A stretch of DNA of 64,000 bases from Blastocatellia bacterium (GTDB lineage Bacteria; Acidobacteriota; Blastocatellia; UBA7656). Below the pieces are notes generated by a model. It was not told the DNA's origin. It did no database searches and saw only the letters and a list, made by a program, of their open reading frames with translations. Made by a program: the position numbers and the translations under genes. The DNA lies in the NCBI GenBank assembly GCA_035607285.1, contig DATNBZ010000204.1:18850-82849 (forward strand). Reading direction: 5' to 3'. Every line of letters begins with the position of its first letter. Position 1 is the first letter of the stretch. Positions 16,403-26,907 of the stretch are shown here, piece by piece.

Positions 16403-18211
16403 GTGAGTCAAACGATGCGGTTGCCACGCGGCTTTGCTGACGATGTAAAGAATCAGGGCGACATAGTTCGCGTAGTGTCGGACTACGTCACGCTCAAGAA
16501 GCGCGGCTCAGCGTACGTGGCTTGCTGCCCGTTTCATTCGGAAAAGACTCCTTCGTTCAACGTTAATCCCAATCGAGGGCTCTTCCACTGCTTCGGTTGT
16601 GGCGCCGGCGGAAGCATCTTCGACTTCGTGATGCGAATTGAAGGCTGTGGCTTTCCCGAAGCCGTTCGCGTGGTGGCGGAAAAGAGCGGTATTCCCATCC
16701 CAGTGGTCGAAGAGACTGACGACCACAAGAAGGTAGCGCGCGAACGTGACAGCGTTCTGCGTCTGAATGAATGGGCCGCTGAATTCTTTGAGCTTCAGTT
16801 GAACGAGTCCGAAGCCGGCGCCGCTGCCCGCGAGTATGTTCGGTCACGCGGGATCAAGGAAGAAACCTCGAAAGTCTTTCGCCTGGGTTACGCCCCTGAT
16901 AGCTGGGACGCGCTCGGCAATCACCTCAAGGGCCAGGGCGCGACTATCGAAGAGATTCATGGCAGCGGGTTGATCGTGCCAAAGGACTCCGGCGGTTTTT
17001 ACGATCGCTTCCGCGGCCGGCTAATCTTTCCGATTACTGATGCTCAGGGCCGCGTAATCGCGTTCGGCGGACGCGTGATGGGAGAAGGTGAGCCAAAGTA
17101 CTTGAACTCTCCCGAAACGACGGTCTACACAAAAGGGCACAACCTGTTCGGACTCGCGCACTCCAAAAACGAGATTCGCAATCTGGGCTTCGCGATCCTG
17201 GTTGAAGGCTACCTTGATTACATCATTCCGTTTCAGGAAGGCGTTCACAATATCGTTGCGAGTCTTGGCACCGCTCTGACCGATGGCCAGGTGAGATTGC
17301 TGCGACGTTACATGGATCAGCCTCAGATCGTAGTCAACTTCGATCCGGACTCGGCCGGCCAGGCGGCGACGATGAGATCGATAGACGTGCTGCTTTCGGA
17401 AGGCTTCAAGGTGAACATACTGGCGATGCCGACGAACCAGGACCCGGACGACTTCGTTCGTGCGCACGGGGTCGATCGGTTTCGCGAGTTGTTGAAGACA
17501 ACCCAGCCTTATCTCGATTACATCATCGATACGTCAATCGCCGCGCACGACACGTCGAGGCCGACCGGAAAGGTCGCTGCGATCAACGCGATACTGCCGC
17601 ACCTGGCTCGAATGCGCGATAAGGTTGCGCGGGCGGATTACGCCGGCCAACTCGCCGACCGGCTTAGGATTGACTCGCGAGTCGTTCGCGAAGAATTGAA
17701 GCGCACGGCCACCAATCGCCAGCATTCTCTGGACAAGTCGAAAGTGCGGGCCGGCGAAGAGGTCACGCAGGGCGAGCGGCAGTTGCTGGAATTGATGCTC
17801 GCCAATGAGGAAGTCCGCCGCGCAATGATATCGACGCTGACCGAGGACGACTACCTGGAACTGGCTACTGGAGCCATTTTCGCGGCTGTCATCGAGGTTG
17901 CCAACCAGGCGCTCGAGCCGCACCTCGAGAATCTGGCAGAGAGAGTTGAAGCCGAAGCCGAGCGTGAACTGCTGCCGGCCTTGTTGATGAGCGACCTGTC
18001 GTGGGCGGGTGGAGACGATTTCGAGACGCTGTTCAAGAAGGCCACCGAAGCGCTTTCATCGCTGCGCCGCAGAAGGCTCGAGCGAATGCTGGAAACGATT
18101 CAAATCGAAATTGGCCAGGCTGAGCGCGACAGCGACATCGAGCGCGTGCTTGTCCTTTATCAGCAAAAAACAGACATTCAAAAACGTCGGTTGGCTCTTT
18201 CAACAGTGTAA
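16403..18211 (+). CDS. dnaG: DNA primase
   Basis: CHC2 zinc finger CPFHSEKTPSFNVNPNRGLFHCFGCGAGG and Toprim ILVEGYLDYI. The start may be the ATG at 16415. Confidence 0.95.
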   Translation: MSQTMRLPRGFADDVKNQGDIVRVVSDYVTLKKRGSAYVACCPFHSEKTPSFNVNPNRGLFHCFGCGAGGSIFDFVMRIEGCGFPEAVRVVAEKSGIPIPVVEETDDHKKVARERDSVLRLNEWAAEFFELQLNESEAGAAAREYVRSRGIKEETSKVFRLGYAPDSWDALGNHLKGQGATIEEIHGSGLIVPKDSGGFYDRFRGRLIFPITDAQGRVIAFGGRVMGEGEPKYLNSPETTVYTKGHNLFGLAHSKNEIRNLGFAILVEGYLDYIIPFQEGVHNIVASLGTALTDGQVRLLRRYMDQPQIVVNFDPDSAGQAATMRSIDVLLSEGFKVNILAMPTNQDPDDFVRAHGVDRFRELLKTTQPYLDYIIDTSIAAHDTSRPTGKVAAINAILPHLARMRDKVARADYAGQLADRLRIDSRVVREELKRTATNRQHSLDKSKVRAGEEVTQGERQLLELMLANEEVRRAMISTLTEDDYLELATGAIFAAVIEVANQALEPHLENLAERVEAEAERELLPALLMSDLSWAGGDDFETLFKKATEALSSLRRRRLERMLETIQIEIGQAERDSDIERVLVLYQQKTDIQKRRLALSTV

Positions 18212-18388
18212 ACCACCTCACGCGCGCGTGTGATTATCCACACACAGCCCTCGACGGCATCGGGCGCCTACAGGTCACCGTTCGTCGTACCCGGATGTCC
18301 GGTGGGCTTGCGTTTGGACGCAAGCTGTTAAGAAACTCTTACATTGCGTCACTCGAACGAAAATGGGCGTAATTGAGCGGTTCGCATC

Positions 18389-18417
18389 TTGACAGAAATT
18401 TGCAATGAGGGTACCAA
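18389..18417 (+). promoter_or_regulatory. candidate sigma-70 promoter upstream of rpoD
   Basis: TTGACA at 18389-18394, a 17 nt spacer, then TACCAA at 18412-18417, about 60 nt upstream of the rpoD start. Sequence pattern only. Confidence 0.25.
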
Positions 18418-18475
18418 TTCACAGTGGCCGTTGAGAGCGTGTCCGTGACTGTCGCCCCCATCAGGAGACCGGAGC

Positions 18476-20203
18476 TTGTCCGAGAACAACGAGAAATATT
18501 CAGATGAATTAGTCAAGCTTCTTGAAGTTGGCAAGGAGAAGGACTATCTCACCTACGACGATATAAATAGACTCCTTCCTCCCGACATGAATTCCGCCGA
18601 CGACATCGAAGCGATTCTCGATGTTATCGGCGCCGAAGGCATCTCGATCTCCGATTCCGACGAGAAGTTCATCGAAGCCGCCGCCGCTGCGGCTGCAATC
18701 GGATCCAACGGTGACGGCAAACTCGAGGATGCACTCGACGAAGAGCTGGATGTCGATCTCACGCCGGGCACGCTGGATAAGACGAGCGACCCCGTGCGGC
18801 TTTACCTCCGCGAGATGGCCGTCGTTCCGCTGCTCACCCGCGATGGCGAGGTTTCAATAGCGCGACGAATCGAACGCGGCCGCCATCGGGTGCTGAAAGC
18901 GATTTCCCGTTCACCAATTTGCATCGAAGAGATTATTCAGGTGGCGGAAAAGCTGAAGCGAGGCGAGCTTCACATTCGAGAAATCGCCACATTCAGCGAA
19001 CAGGAACCAGTCACCGAGGAACGGATCGCAGAATACGAGCTTTCCACGCTTGAATCCATCGCCGAGGTCAAGAGGCACTACGCGCGAATGCTAAAGCTTT
19101 ATGACCACTTGCTCGAGGAACCCAAGAAATCGCCCAAGCTGCCCAGGCAGCGGCGCAAGCTCGCGGTTGCGCGCGTCGAGTTAAGTCGCAAAGCGCGCGC
19201 TCTGGATCTGCTTCTGCAACAGCAGCCTCATTTCACAGCGCTGATCCGCAACAGCGTGAGTGCGTCTCGCGAGGCGCGTACGGGCATCGACAAAGCGCGC
19301 CGGGCTCTCGAAAAGAAAAAGTGGAATGAAGACGAACGCGAATTGAAACGCAATCTTCGCGAGGCCGAGCGGTTTTTGGCGGATATGGAAGTTCGATGGC
19401 ACTCGACTATTGTCGAGCTCGAGCGCTCGCTTGCGTTGATCACCAGGGGTGAGTACGAGGCAAATGTCGCCAAGCAGGAGCTGATAGAAGCGAATCTCCG
19501 GCTGGTAGTCTCGATCGCAAAGAAGTACACGAATCGGGGTCTTCAGTTTTTGGACCTGATCCAGGAAGGCAACATCGGCCTGATGAAAGCGGTCGACAAG
19601 TTCGAGTGGCGGCGGGGCTACAAGTTTTCGACTTATGCGACGTGGTGGATTCGCCAGGCGATCACTCGCGCGATAGCCGACCAGGCTCGCACGATCAGAA
19701 TTCCGGTCCACATGATCGAAACGATCAACAAACTGATCCGCACTTCCCGCTCTCTGGTTCAGGAATTGGGACGCGAGCCAAGCTCCGAAGAGATCGCCAA
19801 GAAGATGGATATCCCGGTCACAAAAGTGCGGAAGGTTTTGAAGATCGCGCAGGAGCCCATATCGCTCGAGACGCCGATAGGCGAAGAAGAAGATTCCCAC
19901 CTCGGCGACTTCATCGAAGACAAGACAATCGCCAACCCGGCAGACTCGGTGATCACATTGAATCTGCGCGAGATCACCGAAGAAGTTCTGAAGTCGCTCA
20001 CCCCTCGTGAAGAGAAAGTAATCAAGATGCGCTTTGGCCTCGGGCCCAATGCAAGCGAACACACGCTTGAAGAAGTCGGTCAGCACTTTGCCGTCACGCG
20101 CGAACGCATCCGGCAAATTGAAGCAAAAGCGTTAAGAAAACTTCGTCACCCCTCCCGGTCAAGAAAACTTAAAGCTTTTCTGGAATCAGCCGCGCGCCCT
20201 TAG
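18476..20203 (+). CDS. rpoD: RNA polymerase primary sigma factor (sigma-70)
   Basis: Region 2 [27 protein letters not shown] and region 4 [30 protein letters not shown]. It follows dnaG, as in the classic dnaG-rpoD arrangement. Confidence 0.95.
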   Translation: MSENNEKYSDELVKLLEVGKEKDYLTYDDINRLLPPDMNSADDIEAILDVIGAEGISISDSDEKFIEAAAAAAAIGSNGDGKLEDALDEELDVDLTPGTLDKTSDPVRLYLREMAVVPLLTRDGEVSIARRIERGRHRVLKAISRSPICIEEIIQVAEKLKRGELHIREIATFSEQEPVTEERIAEYELSTLESIAEVKRHYARMLKLYDHLLEEPKKSPKLPRQRRKLAVARVELSRKARALDLLLQQQPHFTALIRNSVSASREARTGIDKARRALEKKKWNEDERELKRNLREAERFLADMEVRWHSTIVELERSLALITRGEYEANVAKQELIEANLRLVVSIAKKYTNRGLQFLDLIQEGNIGLMKAVDKFEWRRGYKFSTYATWWIRQAITRAIADQARTIRIPVHMIETINKLIRTSRSLVQELGREPSSEEIAKKMDIPVTKVRKVLKIAQEPISLETPIGEEEDSHLGDFIEDKTIANPADSVITLNLREITEEVLKSLTPREEKVIKMRFGLGPNASEHTLEEVGQHFAVTRERIRQIEAKALRKLRHPSRSRKLKAFLESAARP

Positions 20204-20277
20204 AGCGTGATTCGCTCACAAGGAATCATGCACAGCCTCGCAGCCAGCTCGGTCGCCAAAAAGCTCGGAGGCAACCA

Positions 20278-20826
20278 ATGAGTGAAAAGGTTTCGTCGTT
20301 CGTCAACGTTTCGCTTGGCCGGTCCCGTTACGTTTTCTATTTTGTCACCTGGAACGACTTCGTTACGCCAATCCGAGATCAACTGGAAAAACAGCTCGAT
20401 CCCTTCGGTGAGGCGTTGGGTGAAGCGGGAACCATCGTTCAGGCGTTCAGGAGCATGTCTCGACACACATTTGAACAAGTCCTCGCGAAGCAGTGGGATG
20501 CTGAACTCAAGGAGCAATTGCGCAGCGATCCCGATCCTTTCTTACTGGTCATCGATCAGGACTTCGCATCTTTCAGCCCGGGATTGCACAAGTGGGGCAT
20601 AGTGCGTCTGTCCAGTTTTCAGGATAAGCCAGACTCAATCTACCGGCTTCTGGCTGCGCTAGCGCAAAAGGTCCAGCTAAGGGAGGACATCTTCGAATAT
20701 CTTCGGAAAGTCGCCAGAAAAACGAAAGCCTCACGCGTCAATAGGTACTTGGAGATCAAGCCCGGCGTGTTTGGAGTAAAGCTCGACATCAGCGCGATCC
20801 TAGAGGATGTCGCACTGAAACTATAG
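20278..20826 (+). CDS. hypothetical protein
   Basis: 182 aa ORF with GGAGG upstream of the ATG. No domain recognised. Confidence 0.5.
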   Translation: MSEKVSSFVNVSLGRSRYVFYFVTWNDFVTPIRDQLEKQLDPFGEALGEAGTIVQAFRSMSRHTFEQVLAKQWDAELKEQLRSDPDPFLLVIDQDFASFSPGLHKWGIVRLSSFQDKPDSIYRLLAALAQKVQLREDIFEYLRKVARKTKASRVNRYLEIKPGVFGVKLDISAILEDVALKL

Positions 20827-20975
20827 AGAACGAGTCGTTAGGCTATGAATGTCGCATTTGCTAGATGAGACGATAACAGAATGACCTAACGTCATTATTT
20901 CAAGCCTGACACCATGCTCCTCTTCACCTTGCCAATTCTGACCGCCGCCTCTTTTAAGCCTGATGGAACGTTGCC

Positions 20976-21215
20976 ATGACAGAGCGATACACAGCGCGGC
21001 AGGGACAGTTTCTGGCCTTCATCTATTACTACACGAAGATTCACGGGCGACCGCCCGCCGAAGCCGATATGCAGATATACTTCAGAGTCACGCCCCCAAC
21101 CGTTCATCAGATGGTTGTGACGCTCGAGCAGCGAGGGTTGATTCAACGAGAGCCAGGAAAGTCCCGTTCCATTCGGCTCCTCCTGGCGCGGGACGAACTT
21201 CCAGATTTGGACTAA
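20976..21215 (+). CDS. small winged-helix DNA-binding protein resembling the LexA N-terminal domain
   Basis: The pattern YTARQGQFLAFIYYYTKIHGRPPAEADMQIYFRVTPPTVHQMVVTLEQRGLIQR parallels the LexA/MarR-type wHTH (LT.RQ..vl.fI......G.pPs..Ei......s...v..hl..Le.kG.I.R). Confidence 0.6.
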   Translation: MTERYTARQGQFLAFIYYYTKIHGRPPAEADMQIYFRVTPPTVHQMVVTLEQRGLIQREPGKSRSIRLLLARDELPDLD

Positions 21216-21218
21216 GGG

Positions 21219-21458
21219 ATGATTAGAGAAATCGATTTCTCATCGTACCAGTGCGTCTGCGGGTTCCGATTGAACTTCTGCGAACGGACGATTCGCGAGA
21301 TCAAGCACCTGAGCAAGCGCAAGCGGCAACGGCTCATTGCCGACGATCACAGGCATGTGGTTGTCTTCGCTCAGGAACGAGCCGTCGACATCGAATGTCC
21401 GACCGGTGGCAAGAACGAAAACGATCGTTCATCATTAACCCGCGCGAAAAAACGATGA
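21219..21458 (+). CDS. hypothetical small protein, possibly co-transcribed with the wHTH gene
   Basis: Starts 3 nt after the preceding stop. Contains four Cys (CVC...C...C). No homology recognised. Confidence 0.3.
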   Translation: MIREIDFSSYQCVCGFRLNFCERTIREIKHLSKRKRQRLIADDHRHVVVFAQERAVDIECPTGGKNENDRSSLTRAKKR

Positions 21459-21600
21459 ACAACCTCAAGTATGAAACCGCGTTGCAGGACCGCAGTCCCA
21501 CATAGCTGGAAACTCACCTCGATTCACAATTTCTCTTTCAAGCAGGCGGCAGTGCATATGATCTGCACTTCGCCGGTTTCTTATCTGTTGAAAGAGAAGC

Positions 21601-22719
21601 ATGTCACGACCCGCATCACAGTCATTACCTGCCCAGTTGGAATCAAAGCTCAGCCATCCGCATATTCCGGCGCTTGATGGGTTGCGCGCTGTAGCGGTGT
21701 TTCTGGTCATCGTATCGCACTTTGGTTTCGAGATGGTCCCCGGCGCTCACGGCGTGATGATCTTCTTTGTGCTGAGCGGGTTTCTAATCACCTGGCTTCT
21801 TCTGAAAGAGAACGATCGGTCCGGCACGATTTCGCTCGCCGCATTCTACAAGCGCCGCACTCTCCGCATATTTCCCGCTTTCTATGTTTACTGGCTGATC
21901 ATGATTGCGTTTCTTGTAGGGACCGGGAGATCGGTGTTGTGGCCTCACGCATGGAGCGCGCTGTTCTACACCAGCAATTATTATTCGGCAATCAACGGTG
22001 ATCCAAATAACGGATTCAGCCACACTTGGTCGCTCGCCATCGAAGAGCAATTCTATCTGTTATGGCCGTTTCTGTTTTTGCTGCTTCGAGGCAATCTCAA
22101 GAGAATGACTGTGTTCCTTGGTGCAGTGATCGGAGCCGTTTGGATTCATCGCGCGATTCTCTGCTTTGGGTTTCATGTCGATCAGGCGTACATCTACGCA
22201 GCGTTCGATACGCGGCTTGATGAGCTGATGGTCGGGTGTCTGGTCGCTGTGCTGTTGAAGAGACGCGCTCTCTCCGGACTCTGGCGAGCTGTCTCCGCCA
22301 ACGCATTGCTGCCCTTCGCCACGCTTGCGATATTGGCGGCTTCAATCTACCTCGGAGAGCTTTACGTCGTGCGCTATCGAGACGTGTTCGGCTTCGCGAT
22401 TGAGCCGTTGCTTGTCGCAGTCCTTGTCGTTCAGATGATCAGCTTTAGCTCGACAGGTCTTTGGAAGTGGACTGAATGGGACGCGGTCAAGTTCCTCGGA
22501 CGCATTTCATACTCGCTCTACCTTTATCAGCAACTCACGCTGCACGCCGTGAAAAAGGCTCTGGGAGCCTATCCTGAAGTTCTCCAATTGGCCGGCGCGA
22601 TTATTGTGACCATTATTCTTGCGACGATCTCTTACTACCTGATCGAGCGGCCCTTCCTAAAACTCAAATCGGCATCGCCACGCTTACCAAAGAAACTGGT
22701 TTACGAAGCAGTCACATAA
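21601..22719 (+). CDS. acyltransferase family 3 integral membrane protein (O-acyltransferase)
   Basis: The LDGLRAVAVFLVIVSHFG motif, multiple TM helices, and SHTWSLAIEEQFYLLWP are typical of acyltransferase_3. Confidence 0.85.
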   Translation: MSRPASQSLPAQLESKLSHPHIPALDGLRAVAVFLVIVSHFGFEMVPGAHGVMIFFVLSGFLITWLLLKENDRSGTISLAAFYKRRTLRIFPAFYVYWLIMIAFLVGTGRSVLWPHAWSALFYTSNYYSAINGDPNNGFSHTWSLAIEEQFYLLWPFLFLLLRGNLKRMTVFLGAVIGAVWIHRAILCFGFHVDQAYIYAAFDTRLDELMVGCLVAVLLKRRALSGLWRAVSANALLPFATLAILAASIYLGELYVVRYRDVFGFAIEPLLVAVLVVQMISFSSTGLWKWTEWDAVKFLGRISYSLYLYQQLTLHAVKKALGAYPEVLQLAGAIIVTIILATISYYLIERPFLKLKSASPRLPKKLVYEAVT

Positions 22720-22721
22720 TC

Positions 22722-22819
22722 AGACATGTAGGGGCGGCCCTCCGTGGCCGCCCCTCGTTTATCCACAAGTTCCATACGCACAACGAGGGGCGGCCACGGA
22801 GGGCCGCCCCTACATGTCT
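22722..22819. repeat. palindromic intergenic repeat, family C (nested hairpins)
   Basis: agacatgtaggggcggccctccgtggccgcccctcgtt pairs with aacgaggggcggccacggagggccgcccctacatgtct. Each arm contains its own 9 bp stem, ggggcggcc/ggccgcccc. Confidence 0.95.
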
Positions 22820-22869
22820 TTTACGGTTACACGGCCGCCCATATATGCCTTTTGCGGTTGCAACGACGG

Positions 22870-23631
22870 TTAGTCTATAGGGCGGACGGGACCTTCCGTG
22901 CGGCCAAGCGTCTTTGATTCGCCTGGGGATTCCTCGTCGGTGGAGGCGGAAGGCTTAGAGGCGGGCGCGGTCTCAGGAACGACGCCTGCAGGTGTTCGTT
23001 GGACGGGAATAACTGGTTCGCTCTCTACCGCGCCCTGCTTATAACGCGAAAGCATTTCTTCCACTCGAGCGCGGGCTCTCTCTGCTTCAAGCTCACGGTC
23101 GGCGTCAGCCACTCGGTTGTCGATCGAGGTACCGCCTGCTCGAATCCGTCCGCGCATCTCTTCAAGGGTTGCCGCCGGATCAGTGCTGTCAAATGGTGAT
23201 TGAATCGACGAAAGATTTTCTCGCATCGAGGTGAGGTGAGTCTCCATCGCAAGATCTTCGCCAGTGCGTCGCCGATCTTCTCGCAAAGTCCGAGCGCGTT
23301 CCGCCGCGGAGTTAGCCTCGGAGAGTTGCTGCTTGATGAGGTTGCGCTGGGCGTCAAGATTGAGAAGCTGGCGTCCGGCCTCAGTCGCCAAAGCCAGATC
23401 GCCGCGTTCCCGGGCCATGCGTTCGCGCTCGGCCATTCCAAGAATCTTCAAATCGACCTCGGCCAATTCCTTTTCGAGCAGCTTTGCTGAGGCTCGAGTC
23501 TGTACTTCAAGTTCGCCAAGGCGCGCGAGCTCGCCCCGAGTGACTTCGCGCGCCTCTCGATCGGGACTACTGGCCCTCGAAATCAAATCGTCGAGGTACG
23601 AGTTGATGAGTCTTTTCGTCCGCTGCCACAT
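22870..23631 (-). CDS. PspA/IM30 family coiled-coil protein
   Basis: The N-terminus MWQRTKRLINSYLDDLISRASSPD and a long heptad-rich helical region resemble PspA/IM30. The C-terminal tail is Pro/Ser-rich. Confidence 0.6.
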   Translation of the reverse strand: MWQRTKRLINSYLDDLISRASSPDREAREVTRGELARLGELEVQTRASAKLLEKELAEVDLKILGMAERERMARERGDLALATEAGRQLLNLDAQRNLIKQQLSEANSAAERARTLREDRRRTGEDLAMETHLTSMRENLSSIQSPFDSTDPAATLEEMRGRIRAGGTSIDNRVADADRELEAERARARVEEMLSRYKQGAVESEPVIPVQRTPAGVVPETAPASKPSASTDEESPGESKTLGRTEGPVRPID

Positions 23632-23636
23632 TTCGA

Positions 23637-24371
23637 TCAGTGACTGTTTGGGGGTTTACGCTCAACCGGAGGCGCGGTCTTTAGATCGTCCTGCTGAATT
23701 GAACGAGGAGCCGCGCCGGTCTGTTGTGAAACCGGCAGGGTGACCGGCTTAACGAATTTCACGCGAAACACCGCCCCGGGGTTGACTACAACTTCCCCTC
23801 CCTTGGTCAACAGCAACCCCGCAAGCAGCCCGCCTCCGAGCGCGCCAGCACCTGCGCCCAATCCGCCACCCGATAAAATCACAACGCCTGCGCCCGCGCC
23901 GCCGATCGCGCCGCCGCGTTCAACATTGCGAGCTGTCGCGTCTCCGCGATGGCCGCCTTTAACTTTGCCTTCGCTATCGGCGTTGAGTTTTTCGTTTTTA
24001 TCCCAGTCATCAACTGAGGTCACAACCACCGAGATGGCCTCGTCGCCCCACGGCATTGCCAGCTTTTCAAAAGCGATTGCGATGCTGCCGCCTTTTTGGC
24101 CTCGCTTGGCCGCAGTAACCTGCGTCACGCGACCGACAAACTCGGTTCCGCGCGGCAATACCACCTGGCCGTTTACCGACAGCGGTTCGTCCAAAACCGC
24201 AGTCACGGGATCGCCTACCTCGCTCAACTTGGAGCTGAGTCGGGACTGCAGGATTATCTTGGCTTTGGTTTCAGCTTCGATGGTCGCCTCGCGCGCGGCT
24301 TGCGAGCGTGCCGGCGCAGCGCCAAGCGCGAACACCGCGCAAAGAGCGATAGCGCAAACAGACTTACTCAT
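23637..24371 (-). CDS. secreted protein with C-terminal glycine-zipper region
   Basis: AGGAGG lies 7 nt upstream of the ATG at 24371. The signal peptide is MSKSVCAIALCAVFALGAAPARSQA. The Gly-rich segment is GGAIGGAGAGVVILSGGGLGAGAGALGGGLLAGLLL. Confidence 0.6.
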   Translation of the reverse strand: MSKSVCAIALCAVFALGAAPARSQAAREATIEAETKAKIILQSRLSSKLSEVGDPVTAVLDEPLSVNGQVVLPRGTEFVGRVTQVTAAKRGQKGGSIAIAFEKLAMPWGDEAISVVVTSVDDWDKNEKLNADSEGKVKGGHRGDATARNVERGGAIGGAGAGVVILSGGGLGAGAGALGGGLLAGLLLTKGGEVVVNPGAVFRVKFVKPVTLPVSQQTGAAPRSIQQDDLKTAPPVERKPPNSH

Positions 24372-24465
24372 TGGGTACCTCCTGATCAAATGGAAGCGAT
24401 CAAGTTCGATGTTAGTTTAGAGCCCAGGCACGGTCAAGATGAAGCTGCGCCGCCGGGGAGCGGCT

Positions 24466-25851
24466 TCAGCCAATCGTTTGACGAATTATCTCGGCGAGTT
24501 GGTTGGCTTGCTCGTTAATTTTTTCCTCGTCCTCCCCCTCGATCATCACACGAGCCAGATTCTCGGTTCCTGAATAACGAAGCAGCAGCCGCCCTCGCCC
24601 TTCCAGGTCACGCTCGACGCGATCGGCTTCGGACTTGATCTGCGCTATCGTGTCGAAAGGAGGCTTGCTTCGAACCCGGACGTTAACCAAAACCTGCGGA
24701 TATCGAGTCATTCGCGATGCAAGCTCCCCGAGCGAGCGATCGGAGTCGTGCACGGCTCGAAGCAATTCGATCGCCGTGATCAGTCCGTCTCCGGCGAGCG
24801 AGATATCCGGAAAGATAATGTGACCGGATTGCTCGCCGCCAAGTTTCGCCCCGCGTACCAGCAGTTCTTCGAGAACATATCGGTCGCCCACCGGCGCTCG
24901 CACCAATGTGATGCTTCTCTCGTTTAGCGCAAGCTCAAGGCCGATGTTGCTCATGACAGTGGCGATCAGTACGTGACCAGCAAGCAGGCCTCGCTTAGTG
25001 AAGTCATCGGCAAGAATGAACAGCGTTCCATCGCCGTCGACCAGCCTCCCTTGGGCGTCTACGAACAGCGCGCGATCGGCGTCCCCATCGAACGCGATCC
25101 CCAGATCGAGTCCTCGCTCTGTCACGAGATTTCGCAGGCCGTCGAGGTGAAGCGAACCACAGCCTTCGTTGATGTTTCGTCCGTTCGGATCGGCAGAGAT
25201 CACGGACACACTGGCCCCTAAGCGCCCAAACAACGCCGGTGCGATCGGCGACGCGGCCCCGTTCGCGCAATCGATGCCCAGCCTCAAGCCGCTCAAACTC
25301 AGTCCTCGCCCGACGTCGGTCGCCAGGTAGTCAATGTAACTCTCCTGGTATTCCTTCTCGTTGCCCGCCTGATCGCGCAGCCAACCAGCCGAACCGCTTC
25401 CACACTCGATGACAATGCCCGATTCGATATCCGCGGCGATGTCCTGTTCTATTTCGCGCTCGCTGGCATCGGTCAGCTTCTTGCCGGTGGGCGCGAAGAT
25501 TTTTATGCCGTTGTCTTGAAACGGATTGTGTGATGCCGATATCACAACGCCCGCGTCAAAGGGTCTTGTTCGCGTCAAGTAAGCCACGCCCGGAGTCGTC
25601 AAAACTCCCGCCGAGCGCACTGTGGCGCCGGCCGCGAGCGCTCCACAAGCGAACTCGAACTCGATCCGCGGACCCGACTCGCGCGTGTCGCGGCCAATCA
25701 ATATCGCCGGTGCCCGGCCCAACTCGCGCATCATGTTTTGGGTCAACGATCTGGCGATGAGTGCAACCGTTCTTGAATCGAGTGGATATTGATGGGCCAC
25801 TCCTCGAATCCCATCGGTCCCGAACAGTCTTTGTCCCGAGTCTTCAGGCAT
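24466..25851 (-). CDS. glmM: phosphoglucosamine mutase
   Basis: FGTDGIRG near the N-terminus and the phosphoserine loop SASHNPFQDNGIK. The start is set at the ATG at 25851, which follows AGGAG. Confidence 0.95.
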   Translation of the reverse strand: MPEDSGQRLFGTDGIRGVAHQYPLDSRTVALIARSLTQNMMRELGRAPAILIGRDTRESGPRIEFEFACGALAAGATVRSAGVLTTPGVAYLTRTRPFDAGVVISASHNPFQDNGIKIFAPTGKKLTDASEREIEQDIAADIESGIVIECGSGSAGWLRDQAGNEKEYQESYIDYLATDVGRGLSLSGLRLGIDCANGAASPIAPALFGRLGASVSVISADPNGRNINEGCGSLHLDGLRNLVTERGLDLGIAFDGDADRALFVDAQGRLVDGDGTLFILADDFTKRGLLAGHVLIATVMSNIGLELALNERSITLVRAPVGDRYVLEELLVRGAKLGGEQSGHIIFPDISLAGDGLITAIELLRAVHDSDRSLGELASRMTRYPQVLVNVRVRSKPPFDTIAQIKSEADRVERDLEGRGRLLLRYSGTENLARVMIEGEDEEKINEQANQLAEIIRQTIG

Positions 25852-25940
25852 CAAACAAACGCTCCTGATCAAACTGTACCGCAGATTGTCCAACCCCGGA
25901 CCAAAACCTAACCTCCGGAAGGTTGGATAAGGTAAGGCCC

Positions 25941-26900
25941 TTATCTTACTCGCACCTTCTGGGGCTCGATCGAACGCACCACCACTGCGTCTGCGAGGCC
26001 TGGTCGCAGAGTGATCTTTGGAGTGAACACGCGCGACCCGGATTCATAATCGATCGTCGCGCTCAAGTCTCCAACGTCGATGGCATCCACTTTTGAACGC
26101 GGCCCGTAGACCGTAACCGAGACCATTGCCGGCAGCGCCCTGGCGCGAAGTGGCGCTCCCACTAAAGTGATCGGAACCTTATCGATGACCCTCTCCTTGC
26201 GAACCTCGCCGATGTTAACGATCAGCATCACCTTGCCGCCGCCATTTCCGCTTATGTTCACCCCGGGATAGCCAATGTCTATGGCTACCTGTGCGCTAAA
26301 TGGGTCGGTGTTACCTGAAATTCGGACCGTCTCAGTCGACACCTGCGTAATCTCGCGCATCACACTTTCAGCACCGGCGACCTTCACTGTTTGGGGAACG
26401 ATTTGCCAGTCGACTACCTGGAAGCCTTGCGGTGGATCCCCCTCGAACCTCGGAGTGATCGGTACTTCCTTTTCGACCACTCGCTCAACCGTAACAGTAA
26501 TTCGTCGTGGCTCGATCCCCTTTACCTTGACGTTGGCCGGCAGCAGTTTCGGATCAACTTCGAGCTCTACCACGCGAATGCCAGGCTCGACACCCGCCAT
26601 ATCGGCGATCACCGTCAACTGTCCCGCTCGAAGCGAATCGACGACATCGCGCGAGCCTTCGAGGTCCACTCGCGCGAACGGTGATGGATACTTCGACACA
26701 ATCAGATTCGGTGCTTCCGGCGGCAAGTGGAATACGATCGGCACGCCATTTAGCGATACCTCACTAACTGGGCGTGATGCGACTGAAAGCCATAAGACGC
26801 CGGTGATCAGCAGTGCCAGCACCTTTAAGCCGGTATTCTCGAGAAGGTAGTCCCTGGCGTAGAGCTTGAGGTCCTTCAAGTATTGATTCATCCAGCCCAT
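25941..26900 (-). CDS. cdaR: YbbR-domain protein (CdaR-like regulator of diadenylate cyclase)
   Basis: An N-terminal TM anchor is followed by repeated YbbR-like beta domains. The gene sits between cdaA and glmM, as in the conserved cdaA-cdaR-glmM operon. Confidence 0.75.
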   Translation of the reverse strand: MGWMNQYLKDLKLYARDYLLENTGLKVLALLITGVLWLSVASRPVSEVSLNGVPIVFHLPPEAPNLIVSKYPSPFARVDLEGSRDVVDSLRAGQLTVIADMAGVEPGIRVVELEVDPKLLPANVKVKGIEPRRITVTVERVVEKEVPITPRFEGDPPQGFQVVDWQIVPQTVKVAGAESVMREITQVSTETVRISGNTDPFSAQVAIDIGYPGVNISGNGGGKVMLIVNIGEVRKERVIDKVPITLVGAPLRARALPAMVSVTVYGPRSKVDAIDVGDLSATIDYESGSRVFTPKITLRPGLADAVVVRSIEPQKVRVR

Positions 26901-26907
26901 TGATCGC

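Noticed and set aside
19181-20116. A 311 aa minus-strand ORF, with similar long antisense ORFs at 12440-13234, 5059-5814, 49891-50739, 23740-24420 and 26275-26850.
   Set aside because: Each lies opposite a gene with unambiguous family motifs (rpoD, gmk, P5CDH, ClC, the glycine-zipper protein, cdaR). Long antisense ORFs are expected at this GC content.
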